Shown here piece after piece: positions 9,954 through 20,499 of a stretch of 64,000 bases of DNA (its first letter is position 1; every line of letters begins with the position of its first letter). The translations under genes were made by a program, and so were the position numbers. The stretch is from Acidobacteriota bacterium (GTDB taxonomy: Bacteria > Acidobacteriota > UBA890 > WLXD01): NCBI GenBank assembly GCA_965205505.1, contig CBDBHB010000009.1, forward strand, positions 3,072,001 through 3,136,000. The letters run 5' to 3'. Under the pieces are notes generated by a model. That model was not told where the DNA came from, did not search any database, and was given only the letters and a program-made list of their open reading frames with translations.

Positions 9954-12254
9954 GTGATTGAGAATCCCGGACAGCGAGTCGTAAGACCGGCACCCTCCAG
10001 CAGAGCGGGTTGCTCCGCCGGGCTGCTCTGTATTCTCCTGTGCACGAGCCTGCCGCTGACTGCAGGCGCGGCGACGCCGGGACACCAGGAAACCACGATC
10101 GACCCCGCAGCGCCAGGATCATCGACACCGTCCTCCGCCAAGTTCATGCGGGCTACGCGAACTGCCTCCGGCCCGGTCCTCGATGGCGTACTCGACGACG
10201 AGGCGTGGGACGCCGCCGAGGTGATCAGCGACTTCGTACAGCGCGAGCCGCAGGAGCGCGGCACCCCGTCGGAGCGTACCGAGGCTCGCGTCTTGTACGA
10301 CGACGAACATCTCTATATCGGTTTCGTGCTCTACGACAGCGACCCGGGGGCCATACGCGCAACGCAGCTGCGCCGCGACAGCCTGCGAATCCGTCTTCCG
10401 GGTGTCCGTCGCAACAGCGGCGCCGGGTCCGACGACATCGTGAGCGTCGTGCTAGACACGTTTCACGATCACCGCAACGCCTTCCTCTTCACCGTGAACG
10501 CGCTCGGGACACGCAGCGACGCGACCATCCGAAACGAGCGCGAGGTGAACCAGGATTGGGACGAGCGCTGGGAGGCTGCGGCACAAATCACCGATCGCGG
10601 TTGGGAGGCTGAGTTGGCGATCCCCTGGTCGATCCTGCGTTACTCAGGCGACAACCCTACCTGGGGATTGGATTTCCGGCGCGAGATTCGCCGCACCAAC
10701 GAGGAGATCATCTGGAGCAACTCCAGCCTCGACTATTCCTTCATCGCCGTCTCGCAAGCAGGCGAGCTCCAGGGACTTACGGGCCTCACGCTCACCGAGC
10801 GATTTCGCCTACGGCCATACGTAACCGGCGCCGCTAGCTCGTTGGAGCAACGTGACGATCCGATCTCCGAGCGCAACACAGAACTCGGTATCGAGGACCT
10901 GAAGATCAAGCTGACGTCGAATCTGACATCACAGTTCACCTACAACACCGACTTCGCTCAAGTGGAGGTCGACGAGCAGCGCGTCAACCTAACACGCTTC
11001 TCGCTTTTCTTCCCCGAGAAGCGGGAGTTCTTTCTCGAGGCGGCCAACAACTTCACCTTCGGCAACACCGCGGGTCGATTCGGGTTACCGCCGCCCACGC
11101 GTCTCTACTTTTCGCGCCGCATCGGGCTGGCCGACGATGGAACACCGCTGCCGATCGACTTCGGAGGGAAGCTGACCGGCAAGATGGGCCGCGGCAATCT
11201 GGGACTACAGCACGTACGGACTGGCGACTCGCCGCTTGCCCCCGGTCGTGCCTACACGGCGCTACGCTGGCGCCAGGATATCCTGGCGCGTTCCAGCGTC
11301 GGCGCTTACTTCTCCAACGTGGAAGGGGCGGCGGGCGACTTCAACCGTGTCTTTGGCGTCGATGCCAGTTTCATTCTCTACGACCACCTCAATATCTCCG
11401 GTTTCGCGGCGCAATCGCAGGACGACGAGGTTGACGGCGACGCCTGGATCGGTGAGGTCCGCGCCATCTGGCAGACGGATTTGTGGGAGGCGGAAGCGCA
11501 AATCGTCCAGATCGACGAGGACTTTCGCACCGAGCTGGGCTTCATACCACGTACGGACATCGTCAAGAGAACGGTTGCTGGCCGCTGGAAGCCGCGTCCC
11601 GCCGCGCGCTGGCTCCGTCAGATCGATATCAACGGCTACCTCGATCACACCATCAACCACGCCGGTGAGCGCGTAGCCCGACAGAGCGGCGTGTTCATGC
11701 GGTTCGGTATGGAGTCGGGGGATTCGTTCACCGCTGGTTTCCGCACCAACTTCGATCGCCTGGAGGCGCCGTTCGAGGTCAGCCCTGACGTCATTGTTTC
11801 GGCCGACGACTACGAGTTCATCGAATGGTCCGTCGGATACCAGACCTATCCGGGCAGAAAGCTCAGTGGTGGGTTCTCCATACTGTCGGGCGGGTTCTTC
11901 GACGGTATGCTGACGCGCGTGAGTCCGCGGGCCACGCTGCGCCTCAACGAGAGCGTCAGCCTGCGGCCGAGCTACAGCTTCAATTACGTCAAGCTCCCGG
12001 GTGGCACATTCTCGGTCCACCTGGCACGCCTGCGCGCGGAGGTGTCGTTCTCCGAGCGATGGCTGACCGACGCCCTGGTCCAGTACAGCAGCGCTGACGA
12101 GGATTTCTCGGTGTTCGCGCGCTTGCGCTACCTCTATCGTCCCGGAGACAATTTCTACCTCGTCTATCGACAGAATCGCTCGTACGGTGGCGAGTTCTCC
12201 GGACTGGACGATCGCTCCCTTACCGCCAAGATGACCTACACATTCCAGTGGTAG
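9954..12254 (+). CDS. CBM9-like domain plus DUF5916 exported protein
   Basis: PVLDGVLDDEAW, FVQREP, GWEAELAIPW, NTDFAQVEVD...NLTRFSLFFPEKREFFLE, aromatic C-terminus; start uncertain. Confidence 0.82.
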   Translation: MIENPGQRVVRPAPSSRAGCSAGLLCILLCTSLPLTAGAATPGHQETTIDPAAPGSSTPSSAKFMRATRTASGPVLDGVLDDEAWDAAEVISDFVQREPQERGTPSERTEARVLYDDEHLYIGFVLYDSDPGAIRATQLRRDSLRIRLPGVRRNSGAGSDDIVSVVLDTFHDHRNAFLFTVNALGTRSDATIRNEREVNQDWDERWEAAAQITDRGWEAELAIPWSILRYSGDNPTWGLDFRREIRRTNEEIIWSNSSLDYSFIAVSQAGELQGLTGLTLTERFRLRPYVTGAASSLEQRDDPISERNTELGIEDLKIKLTSNLTSQFTYNTDFAQVEVDEQRVNLTRFSLFFPEKREFFLEAANNFTFGNTAGRFGLPPPTRLYFSRRIGLADDGTPLPIDFGGKLTGKMGRGNLGLQHVRTGDSPLAPGRAYTALRWRQDILARSSVGAYFSNVEGAAGDFNRVFGVDASFILYDHLNISGFAAQSQDDEVDGDAWIGEVRAIWQTDLWEAEAQIVQIDEDFRTELGFIPRTDIVKRTVAGRWKPRPAARWLRQIDINGYLDHTINHAGERVARQSGVFMRFGMESGDSFTAGFRTNFDRLEAPFEVSPDVIVSADDYEFIEWSVGYQTYPGRKLSGGFSILSGGFFDGMLTRVSPRATLRLNESVSLRPSYSFNYVKLPGGTFSVHLARLRAEVSFSERWLTDALVQYSSADEDFSVFARLRYLYRPGDNFYLVYRQNRSYGGEFSGLDDRSLTAKMTYTFQW

Positions 12255-12283
12255 CTGCCTCGAGGAGCACGGCGTCGCTACTC

Positions 12284-12391
12284 ATGTCAGCGAACACCCG
12301 GGTAACGCCGAATGTATTCAGCACGCTCGAGGAGCTCGATCGAATCTGTGGCGCCGTCGAAGACGGAAGGCGCCTCGGAATCGGTGCCTGA
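12284..12391 (+). pseudogene. 35-codon remnant resembling a class V aminotransferase C-terminus
   Basis: MSANTRVTPNVFSTLEELDRICGAVEDGRRLGIGA*; RVTPNVxxTLEExDR resembles the terminal motif of class V PLP enzymes (recalled, not searched). Confidence 0.45.
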
Positions 12392-12471
12392 TGACACTGG
12401 CCCATTTCTGTGGTTTGCTGCAAAGTACCGATGAACAGGAACGACCGGCTTGAACGACAGGAGTCAGACGG

Positions 12472-12771
12472 GTGAGCGACCAGCTAAGAGAAACCAAAGG
12501 GCTGTACCGGACGGTGGAGTTCGTAGCCACTGCGGAGAAGCAGGAGGGTGGCTGGCACCCGACCTACAAGCTAGCTAGCGGTATGGGCGGACGACCCGCA
12601 GGCGAGCTTCAGGAGAGCGCCGAGGCAGCGCTCGTGGAAGCCACGATCGGCGCCGTTCAGATGGTTCGATTGATCTTCGACGATCGCCCCGAGCCCGATA
12701 CCGTGAACGTCCAGGAGTCCAGCATCCACGACGCTGTACAGGAGCGGCTCGACGCTCTCGAGGAAGCCTGA
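12472..12771 (+). CDS. Hypothetical 99-aa acidic protein
   Basis: CAGGAG before GTG, coding-like composition, fills the intergenic space. Confidence 0.55.
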   Translation: MSDQLRETKGLYRTVEFVATAEKQEGGWHPTYKLASGMGGRPAGELQESAEAALVEATIGAVQMVRLIFDDRPEPDTVNVQESSIHDAVQERLDALEEA

Positions 12772-12804
12772 CTGACCGGCCCGGCGGGCGCCGGATCGAG
12801 CCTG

Positions 12805-13806
12805 CTAGGCGGTATCGGGATCATTGTTCTCCGCACGCTCACTACGACCGAGCCGGTGCTTCTGGCGATCGATGAGCACTGCGGCGACGATGATCGCTCC
12901 GGTCATGATCTCCTGGACGTAGTGAGGCACCCCCAGCATGTTGCTGCCGTTGCGCAGCACCGCCATGATCAGCGCGCCGGCGACCGATCCCATAGCGCTC
13001 CCCTCGCCGCCGCCTAACGACCCGCCGCCGATCACCACAGCAGCAATGACGTCGAGCTCCAGCCCGGCGGCGGAAGTAGGATCACCGACCGTAAGGTAGG
13101 CACACTGCATCACGGCCGCAACGCCGGTAAAGGCTCCGCACAAGGCGTAGATCTGGATCTTCACGAGCTCCACCCGCACGCCGCACAGTCGCGCCGTGCG
13201 CTCGCTCGAGCCGATCGCGAAGACATAGCGCCCGAACCCGGTGCGCGTCAGAATGACGGTCGAGATTCCGAGCAGCGCGGCTGCCACCCAGACGCCGGGT
13301 GCGAAGATCAACCAGGCGGGGCGCGGATCGACGAGCATCAAGTCGTTGAGCCAATTGCCGGGGATCGACAGCGTCCCCTCGCGGGCGAGCCATTTGGCCA
13401 CGCCGCGGGCGATCTGCATCATGCCCAGGGTGACGATGAACGGGATCACGTTGAACCGCGTAATGAGCACGCCGCTGACCGTGCCCACCGCCACACACGC
13501 CGCCACTCCAGCCAGGGCGGCCAGCAACGGCCCGGTGAACCCCGGGCCGAGCGCGTTGATCACGAGCCCGGTCACCACGGTCCCCATGGCGATTTGCGAG
13601 CCGACGCTGAGGTCGATGCCCTTGGAAACGATGACGAACGTCATGCCGAGCGCCGCGATCCCGACAATGACGCTCTGGGTGAGGATCGTCTTGAGGTTGT
13701 ACAGCGACTGAAACGCCGGAGGGGTGATCAAGGCGAACAAGGTCACCACCGCGGCCAACCCGATGAACGGTCCGAGCGCCGCCAGGCGCCGGCGCGAGAT
13801 CGCCAT
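12805..13806 (-). CDS. Sugar ABC transporter permease (RbsC-like)
   Basis: GMTFVIVSKGIDLSVGS, PFIVTLGMM, ELDVIAAVVIGG; TGATG overlap with upstream gene. Confidence 0.93.
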   Translation of the reverse strand: MAISRRRLAALGPFIGLAAVVTLFALITPPAFQSLYNLKTILTQSVIVGIAALGMTFVIVSKGIDLSVGSQIAMGTVVTGLVINALGPGFTGPLLAALAGVAACVAVGTVSGVLITRFNVIPFIVTLGMMQIARGVAKWLAREGTLSIPGNWLNDLMLVDPRPAWLIFAPGVWVAAALLGISTVILTRTGFGRYVFAIGSSERTARLCGVRVELVKIQIYALCGAFTGVAAVMQCAYLTVGDPTSAAGLELDVIAAVVIGGGSLGGGEGSAMGSVAGALIMAVLRNGSNMLGVPHYVQEIMTGAIIVAAVLIDRQKHRLGRSERAENNDPDTA

Positions 13807-15341
13807 CACGCCGTGCTCGGCCCGATGCTCCGCAAGGGCGGGCCACCGATGCCGGAGGTGGCGAATTGCATCACCTTCTCCAGCGTCCATCCTTCGACCG
13901 GGCGTGATTCGGAGACCACACCCCGGTGAACGACGGCTAGCGTGTCGCACACACCGAACAGCTCGGGCAGGTACGAGCTGGTCATGAGGATCGCCTTCCC
14001 AGATTCGGCGAGCGCGTGCATGAGCCGATAGATGTGGGCCTTGGTGGCGATGTCGATGCCGCGAGTAGGCTCGTCCATCAGCAGCACGTCACCGTCCTGA
14101 TGGAGTAGGCGGGCCAGGCAAACGCGCTGTTGGTTGCCGCCCGACAACGTTGCGACCGGCGCATCGGGGTCATGCGCCTTGATGCCCAGCCGCCGACCCC
14201 AATCGACGGCGCTGTCGCGCTCGCGCTGCCGGTCCAGCAATCCCCATCTACGGTAGCGACGTAACCCCGACAGTGTGATGTTGGCCGAGATCGACAAGCC
14301 GAGAGCCAGCCCCTCCACCTGCCGATCCTCACTGAGCATGTCCACACCCTGCTCCAACGCGCTGTACGGGGTGAGCTGGCGGACGCGCAACTCGGGCTTG
14401 CCGGCGATCGCCAGGCGTCCACTGACCGTAGGGTTCAGCCCGAACAGGGCCCGCAACGTCTCGCTACGACCGGCGCCGACGAGGCCCGCCAATCCCAGGA
14501 TCTCGCCCCGACGGAGGTTGATATTGGCCCCAGCAGGCATCCCCTCACGCCCACTCAGATCGCCGACTCGAACGAAGACGTCGCCAAGCCGATGGCGCGA
14601 CTGCGGATACAGCTCCCCGACGTCGCGACCCACCATATGGCGGATCAGCTCGTGATCGGTAACGGCTTCAACGGATCCATTGGCGACCGCGCGACCGTCG
14701 CGTAGGACTGCGAACCGATCACAGAGCCGTCGAACCTCCTCGAGGAAGTGGCTGACGAATATGAAGGCCACGCCACGATCTCGAAGCCGGCCCACAACCT
14801 GAAACAGGGTGCGCGCATCCCTCGCCGAGAGGGCACTGGTAGGCTCGTCCATCACCACGATGCGGGCGTCGGCAAATAGTGCTCGCGCGATCTCGACGAC
14901 CTGCTGCCGACCGATGCTGAGGTCTCCGACAGCTGCGGCGGTGTCGATGTCGGCGTGTTCCAACATTCCCAGCACCTCGCGAACGCGGCCGTGCTGCGAG
15001 CGCAGCACACCGAGTCGACGCGCCTCCCTTCCGAGGGTGATATTCGCCTCGACGCTCAGGTGTGGAGCGAGGCTCAGCTCCTGGTAGATCGCCGCGATAC
15101 CGACGCGTAGTCCCTCCAGCGGAGACGATGGCGCGTACCGTTGGCCAGCCAGGTGCATGCCGCCGCGATCGGGCCGGTACACGCCGGCGAGCACGTTCAT
15201 CAAGGTGCTCTTACCGGCACCGTTCTCGCCTATCAGGCCGAGAACTTCCCCCCGATCCAGGCGCAGAGACACTCCGCGCAGGGCGCGCACGGGCCCGAAC
15301 GACTTTTCGATTCCTTCGAGCTGGAGGAGTGCCTCAGCCAA
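13806..15341 (-). CDS. Sugar ABC transporter ATP-binding protein (RbsA-like, two domains)
   Basis: GENGAGKST, MDEPTS, LSGGNQQ, DEPTRGID. Confidence 0.95.
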   Translation of the reverse strand: MAEALLQLEGIEKSFGPVRALRGVSLRLDRGEVLGLIGENGAGKSTLMNVLAGVYRPDRGGMHLAGQRYAPSSPLEGLRVGIAAIYQELSLAPHLSVEANITLGREARRLGVLRSQHGRVREVLGMLEHADIDTAAAVGDLSIGRQQVVEIARALFADARIVVMDEPTSALSARDARTLFQVVGRLRDRGVAFIFVSHFLEEVRRLCDRFAVLRDGRAVANGSVEAVTDHELIRHMVGRDVGELYPQSRHRLGDVFVRVGDLSGREGMPAGANINLRRGEILGLAGLVGAGRSETLRALFGLNPTVSGRLAIAGKPELRVRQLTPYSALEQGVDMLSEDRQVEGLALGLSISANITLSGLRRYRRWGLLDRQRERDSAVDWGRRLGIKAHDPDAPVATLSGGNQQRVCLARLLHQDGDVLLMDEPTRGIDIATKAHIYRLMHALAESGKAILMTSSYLPELFGVCDTLAVVHRGVVSESRPVEGWTLEKVMQFATSGIGGPPLRSIGPSTA

Positions 15342-15380
15342 GGCGCGCCCGGATCCCCTGGCCGAGCCCCGATCCTCGTA

Positions 15381-16442
15381 TCACTCGCCGAGCCAGGTTT
15401 CCAAGTCGGGTGACAGTAGCTCGCGCGCCACCGGCTCACCCATGTTCTGTGGCGTGATCATCATCAGGCGGGTCTCCACGTACGCGTCGTGCTCGAGCCC
15501 CCGAGCCGCGGCGGCGGCCGTCTTGACGCCCAGATACCCCATCGCAAAGGGATCCTGGACCGCAAGCCCGTGAATCGTCCCGGCGTCGAGGGCTGCGATC
15601 AGCGTCTCGTTGGCGTCGAAGCCGACCAGACGCGTGGTACCGGCGCGACCGCTCGTTTGCAACGCGCGTAGCATCCCTTGAGTAGAGGTTTCGTTGGCCG
15701 TGAAGATTCCGTCCACAGCGGGGAACCGATTGAGTAGATTTTGCGATGCTTGCAAGGCAGTTTCCAGCGTTGCGCCGGCGCGTTGATTGTCGCTGACTAC
15801 CTCGATATCCGCGAACTCGCCCATGGCGTCGAGAAACCCCCGCTCCCGAGCCGTGGTGCTCGCGTGCCCTTCCATGAAGCGCAACATGAGGACGCTGCCA
15901 CGCCCGCCGATGACCTCGGCCAGCCGGCGGCCGCAGCTTCGCCCACCCTCGTAGTTGTTGGTGGCGATGAAGGCTGCCTGCACGGTCGAATCCAGTCCTG
16001 AATCGACGATCACCACCGGGATATCGCGACCCGCCGCCGCCTCGACCGGTCCCACCAGGCTACGAGAATCGAGCGGTGCCAGAACGATGGCGTCGACCCG
16101 GCGGCTTATGAAGTTCTGCACCACCTGGATCTGCATCTGACGGTCGTCTTCGCGTACCGGTCCCTGCCACAGCACTTCGACGTCGGCCTCGATGCCGCCC
16201 TTGATCGCGCCGGCGTGGATGCTCTTCCAGAACTGGTGAGTGGAGCCTTTGGGAATGACCGCGATCTGCAGTCGGCTCTCGCCCCCGGCAGTGTCCGGCT
16301 CAGCGCACGCCGCGGACAACAGCATGGCGACGCCAAGCCATGAGAGCGTCGCCGCCATGGGCGAGCGCCGATCAGCGCGCCACGAGCCTGCGCCAGGGCG
16401 GTTACCCTGCCGCCGGCGCGGCAACGCCGCCACCACCATCAC
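15381..16442 (-). CDS. Sugar ABC transporter substrate-binding lipoprotein (RbsB-like)
   Basis: IAVIPKGSTHQFWKSIHAGA, ATNNYEGG, QDPFAMGYLGV; alternative start at 16358 before LSAAC lipobox. Confidence 0.9.
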   Translation of the reverse strand: MMVVAALPRRRQGNRPGAGSWRADRRSPMAATLSWLGVAMLLSAACAEPDTAGGESRLQIAVIPKGSTHQFWKSIHAGAIKGGIEADVEVLWQGPVREDDRQMQIQVVQNFISRRVDAIVLAPLDSRSLVGPVEAAAGRDIPVVIVDSGLDSTVQAAFIATNNYEGGRSCGRRLAEVIGGRGSVLMLRFMEGHASTTARERGFLDAMGEFADIEVVSDNQRAGATLETALQASQNLLNRFPAVDGIFTANETSTQGMLRALQTSGRAGTTRLVGFDANETLIAALDAGTIHGLAVQDPFAMGYLGVKTAAAAARGLEHDAYVETRLMMITPQNMGEPVARELLSPDLETWLGE

Positions 16443-17860
16443 GGCTCGGTGGGCGGCATGGTGATCACGCCGACGCCGTCCTCGAATCGCACCTCGGTCC
16501 CAAAGGGCGCGGACAGGCGTGCCAGATCATCGATGATCTTGCGGCCAAGCTCCAGGCCCGCCAGCATCGGCCGCCCACGACGTGATCGCGGCGTGTCGTA
16601 GCCCAAGGTCACCGGCGCCAGCCGGATTTCCCTCAGAAGGCCCGCCTCGAATCTCGGCAGAGCTATTACTGTCTCCCAGAACCAAGCATCGAGGGTGAAA
16701 TAGCCTCCTTGCGTACGCTGACGGTAGTCGTAGTAGTCGACCGTTCTGCTATCAGCGGGCAAGTCGACGCCACGATACTCGGCCGACGGCCGGTAGCGCA
16801 CGGTCTCGTTCTCGAAGAAGAAATTGCCCAAGCTGTAGAAGATGGGACGCCCCTTGTAGATTTCGATACCCCGCAGCACGTGCGGTCCGGTGCCGGCGAA
16901 GACGTCGGCACCGGCGTCGATCGCGGCGTGGGCATACTCGACCAGGAAGTCCGCTGGCAGTTCCCGCCGACCGCCGCTCTCGTGCGTATGGGTGGCAACG
17001 ATCACCCAGTCGGACTGTCGATCGGCGGCATCGATGCTGGCGAGGATGCGCTGCAGATCCAGCGGGTCGGCGGTCGTTGTTACCCTGGCTTCGTCGCCCA
17101 GCGCGAAGGACTCACCGGCAAAGTCGAGACCCACGGCGTCATCTTCGACGCTCTGTCCCAGGTTTCGCGCGATCATCTGTAACGCCGCGAACTCCACCGA
17201 CGGCAATGTGGTCGTACGGTGGTAGCGGATCGGGTTGAGGCCCGGGGTTGCCCGGATGTCGGGACGCTGTGGCCGCGCCGGGTGGAATGTGTCGAAGCTC
17301 GACGCGGTGGAGATCAGCGCCACGCGCCCGTTTCCTGTCTGTACGTATACAGCCTCGTCGGCAAGCGCGAGGTTCTCCCCTACCCCGGCATGCGCAACTC
17401 CGGCTTCGTCGAGCGCACGACTGGTGGCGCGCATGCCATCCCAGCCATAGTCGAGCGCATGGTTGTTGGCCCTGCTGACGACATCGAAGCCCGCCCACGC
17501 CAGCTCCTGGGCGATGCCCGGGTCGGCGAACATGTAGCTTTCCCTATCCGACACCATCGGTGTCAGCTTCTCGACCGTCTGTAGCGCGATCTCGAGGTTG
17601 GTGAACGCGAGGTCGGCACCACGTATGGCGTCGACCATCGCAATGAACTCAGGCTCGATGTACGCAGACATCGGACGGCTGATGATGGAGTCGCCGGTAA
17701 GCGCGAACGTGATGTTGCCTTTCGCTGCCTCGTAAGGGGTCTGGCCATACGCGAGCATGGCGGGGAGCATCAGGCCCACTACGGAACCACGCCTCACCCC
17801 TGTTCTCACGGATGACCGGCGGCGCTCTTCGCGGCCACATCTCTGGGGCTGGGTAAACAT
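16439..17860 (-). CDS. CapA/PgsA-family metallophosphoesterase-like protein
   Basis: GGAGG RBS; LTGD, TNLE, ANNHALDYG, THTHE, GPHVLRGIEIYKGRPIFYSLGNF. Confidence 0.88.
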   Translation of the reverse strand: MFTQPQRCGREERRRSSVRTGVRRGSVVGLMLPAMLAYGQTPYEAAKGNITFALTGDSIISRPMSAYIEPEFIAMVDAIRGADLAFTNLEIALQTVEKLTPMVSDRESYMFADPGIAQELAWAGFDVVSRANNHALDYGWDGMRATSRALDEAGVAHAGVGENLALADEAVYVQTGNGRVALISTASSFDTFHPARPQRPDIRATPGLNPIRYHRTTTLPSVEFAALQMIARNLGQSVEDDAVGLDFAGESFALGDEARVTTTADPLDLQRILASIDAADRQSDWVIVATHTHESGGRRELPADFLVEYAHAAIDAGADVFAGTGPHVLRGIEIYKGRPIFYSLGNFFFENETVRYRPSAEYRGVDLPADSRTVDYYDYRQRTQGGYFTLDAWFWETVIALPRFEAGLLREIRLAPVTLGYDTPRSRRGRPMLAGLELGRKIIDDLARLSAPFGTEVRFEDGVGVITMPPTEP

Positions 17861-18058
17861 CGGTACCTCCGCTGGCGCTCTCATGCGCACCGGTTGCCCG
17901 AGGTTGAATCTCTGGTGCGGGGCGCGTTTGCGCAGGATACCATCGCCTCACGCCCGTCGAGTCAGGAGCACGAATGCCCGGGAATTGCCTCCCAGATCGC
18001 TTGATCAACGCCGACGGCGCCACGTTCAGCTCCGGCACAACGAACTACCCTGGGTACA

Positions 18059-18874
18059 GTGGTGGAGCCTAAGACGCTCGTCGGCGGCCTGGTCCTTGTC
18101 GCCTTGTGGCTTGGCGAGACGTGGGTACCGTTCTATGCGCAGTTTCGTGACGATCGAACCGAGCGTGTTCGACACGACCTCCGCAATCTCTTCATCGGCG
18201 TTCTCAACTCCATCATCGTTGCTGTGGCGTTCTCCGGGTTGGCGGTCATCGCCGAGGTCTGGGGCGCCGCCAACGGATACGGGCTACTGCGTATCTACGA
18301 GCTCCCGGGCTGGGCAGCCGCCCTGGTGGCCATCGCTCTGTTCGATTTCTGGATGTACCTGTGGCACCGCGGTAACCACGCCATCCCGATCCTCTGGCGC
18401 TTCCACCGGGTACACCACGCCGACCCGAACATGGATGCCACCACCGGAGTGCGATTCCATACGGTCGAGGTCGTCCTGTCGTTCTTCACGAAAATTGCCA
18501 TAATGCAGCTCATCGGGATGTCGATCTGGCATCTGGCGCTCTATGAGGCGATCGTCCTGCCGGTCGTGCTGGTCCACCACTCCAACGTAGCGCTGCCCCG
18601 GTGGATCGACCGTGGGCTGCTGTTCCTGATCGTTACCCCGGCGATGCACCGAGTTCATCACAGTCGACTGCGGGCCGAGACAGACTCCAACTACGGCTCG
18701 TTGTTCCCCTACTGGGACTACGTGCTGCGCAGCCTACGCCTGCGCGAGGACGTCCACGCCGTGCACGTCGGATTGGACGGTTTTGACGCGGACGATTACC
18801 AGACCCTCCCGGGAATGATTCTCCGTACGCCGAAGTCGTCGGTCCGATCGAGCGCCCGAAACGAGCACTCGTAG
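18059..18874 (+). CDS. Sterol desaturase/fatty acid hydroxylase family membrane protein
   Basis: His boxes WHRGNH, FHRVHH, HHSN, HRVHH; NYGSLFPYWD. Confidence 0.88.
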   Translation: MVEPKTLVGGLVLVALWLGETWVPFYAQFRDDRTERVRHDLRNLFIGVLNSIIVAVAFSGLAVIAEVWGAANGYGLLRIYELPGWAAALVAIALFDFWMYLWHRGNHAIPILWRFHRVHHADPNMDATTGVRFHTVEVVLSFFTKIAIMQLIGMSIWHLALYEAIVLPVVLVHHSNVALPRWIDRGLLFLIVTPAMHRVHHSRLRAETDSNYGSLFPYWDYVLRSLRLREDVHAVHVGLDGFDADDYQTLPGMILRTPKSSVRSSARNEHS

Positions 18875-18945
18875 GCCTGTCGTAGTCCGCCGACCGATGC
18901 TCTTCGCCGCAGCGGGCTGGCCCGCCACACTCCCACCACGGCCTG

Positions 18946-20496
18946 TTAGCCGTAGCTTCGACGTAGCCCCTCGGGGATGACCAGTCGATCGACCAGCTCG
19001 AAGCAAGCATGGATCACGAGCGCCATCACGGCAGCCGGCACGGCGCCGGCGAGGATTGTCGGGATATCGTTGAGGGCCAAACCCCGAACGATCAAGGTCC
19101 CGTAGCCTCCGCCGCCGATGAAGGCTGCCAGCGTCGCCGTCCCCACGGTGAGGACTGCTGAAGTCTTGATGCCCGCCATGATATTCAGCGACGCAAGCGG
19201 AAGCTCGATGCGAGTCAATCGCTGCCGCTGGCTGAGCCCGAGTACGCCGGCGATCTCCAGTAGCTGACGGTCGAGGCCGATGAGCCCGGTGTAGGTGCTC
19301 CTCACGATCGGCAGCAGCGCATACAGAAACAGCGCCACAAGCGACGGCAGCCGTCCGATGCCGAACAACGGGATCATGAAGCACAACAGCGCCAGCGAGG
19401 GAATCGTCTGCAGGATGCCAACTGATACCAACGTCGTCTGACCGAGACGGCGAAACCGCGCGGCCACGATGCCCAGCGGGATGCTAACCAGGGTTGCCAG
19501 GCCGAGCGCGACGACCACGAGGAGGGCGTGGTCGAGTGTCAGCCTGAGGATCTCGTCTCGGATCGAGACGCCGCCCTGGGTACCGGGTTGCCCGTTCGAC
19601 AGGAACGCTGAGGCGACCTCACGCGGTGTCTGGCCGTCCAGATCTGCGAGAGCGTTCAGGGTCGACATCTCGCCGTCGTCCAATCGACGTACGAGGAGCT
19701 CGTTGAGCCGTTCCCAGATACGCGGGTAACGGTCGATGAAGTCCTGCCGCACCAGCATCACAGCTTCGTACTTGGCGAAGAACTCCAGATCATCGACCAG
19801 AACGCGGAGATCGAATCGATCGATCTTGCCGTCGGTCGAGTAGATGTCGATAACATCGACCTCGCCACGCGACACCGCCTCGTAGCTCAGGGAGTGCTCG
19901 ATCACTCGAACTTCCGAAAAGCTAAGGTCATAGCGTTGCTGCAGTCCCGGCCATCCGTCGGCGCGGTCGATGTACCCAGCACTGAACGCCGCTTCCATCT
20001 CCGGGTGGCGTTGCAGGTCGGTGATCGTCCGCAATCCGAGACGCTCTCCCACATCCTCGCGCACAGCCAAGGCGTAGGTATTTTCGAATCCCAACGGATC
20101 GCTCACCGTCAAACCCAAGCCGCGCAGCCGCCGGCGAAGCTCTGCCACGCCGATCGCCGACGAATCCTTCAGCAGCGCGTAGCTCAGCGTGCCGGTGTAC
20201 TCAGGGTAGATGTCGATCTCGCCGGTCGAGATGGCTCGGAATGCGATTGCCGCAGCACCGAGACCCATCTTGCGCTCGACCACTGCTTCGCCGGCACCCT
20301 CCACGATTGCCGCGATCAGCTCCCCGAGAATGAAGCTCTCGGTGAACGACTTGGACCCGACACGGACGACGCCTGCATCACGCGGTGACGCGGGGGCACA
20401 TGCAGCGCCCGACAACAGCAATACGGCCACCGCGCCAACGCACACATAGACCTCACGGGTCACCCTCAACGCACGCCTGGAAGTGTCGCCGCACAT
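18946..20496 (-). CDS. Osmoprotectant (glycine betaine/choline) ABC transporter, fused binding protein and permease
   Basis: VGSKSFTES, IDIYPEYTGT, GFENTYAL, QTIPSLALL, ATLAAFIGGGGYG. Confidence 0.9.
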   Translation of the reverse strand: MCGDTSRRALRVTREVYVCVGAVAVLLLSGAACAPASPRDAGVVRVGSKSFTESFILGELIAAIVEGAGEAVVERKMGLGAAAIAFRAISTGEIDIYPEYTGTLSYALLKDSSAIGVAELRRRLRGLGLTVSDPLGFENTYALAVREDVGERLGLRTITDLQRHPEMEAAFSAGYIDRADGWPGLQQRYDLSFSEVRVIEHSLSYEAVSRGEVDVIDIYSTDGKIDRFDLRVLVDDLEFFAKYEAVMLVRQDFIDRYPRIWERLNELLVRRLDDGEMSTLNALADLDGQTPREVASAFLSNGQPGTQGGVSIRDEILRLTLDHALLVVVALGLATLVSIPLGIVAARFRRLGQTTLVSVGILQTIPSLALLCFMIPLFGIGRLPSLVALFLYALLPIVRSTYTGLIGLDRQLLEIAGVLGLSQRQRLTRIELPLASLNIMAGIKTSAVLTVGTATLAAFIGGGGYGTLIVRGLALNDIPTILAGAVPAAVMALVIHACFELVDRLVIPEGLRRSYG

Positions 20497-20499
20497 GGC

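Noticed and set aside
16439-17860. Poly-gamma-glutamate capsule locus
   Set aside because: capB and capC are absent; stand-alone CapA-family proteins are common
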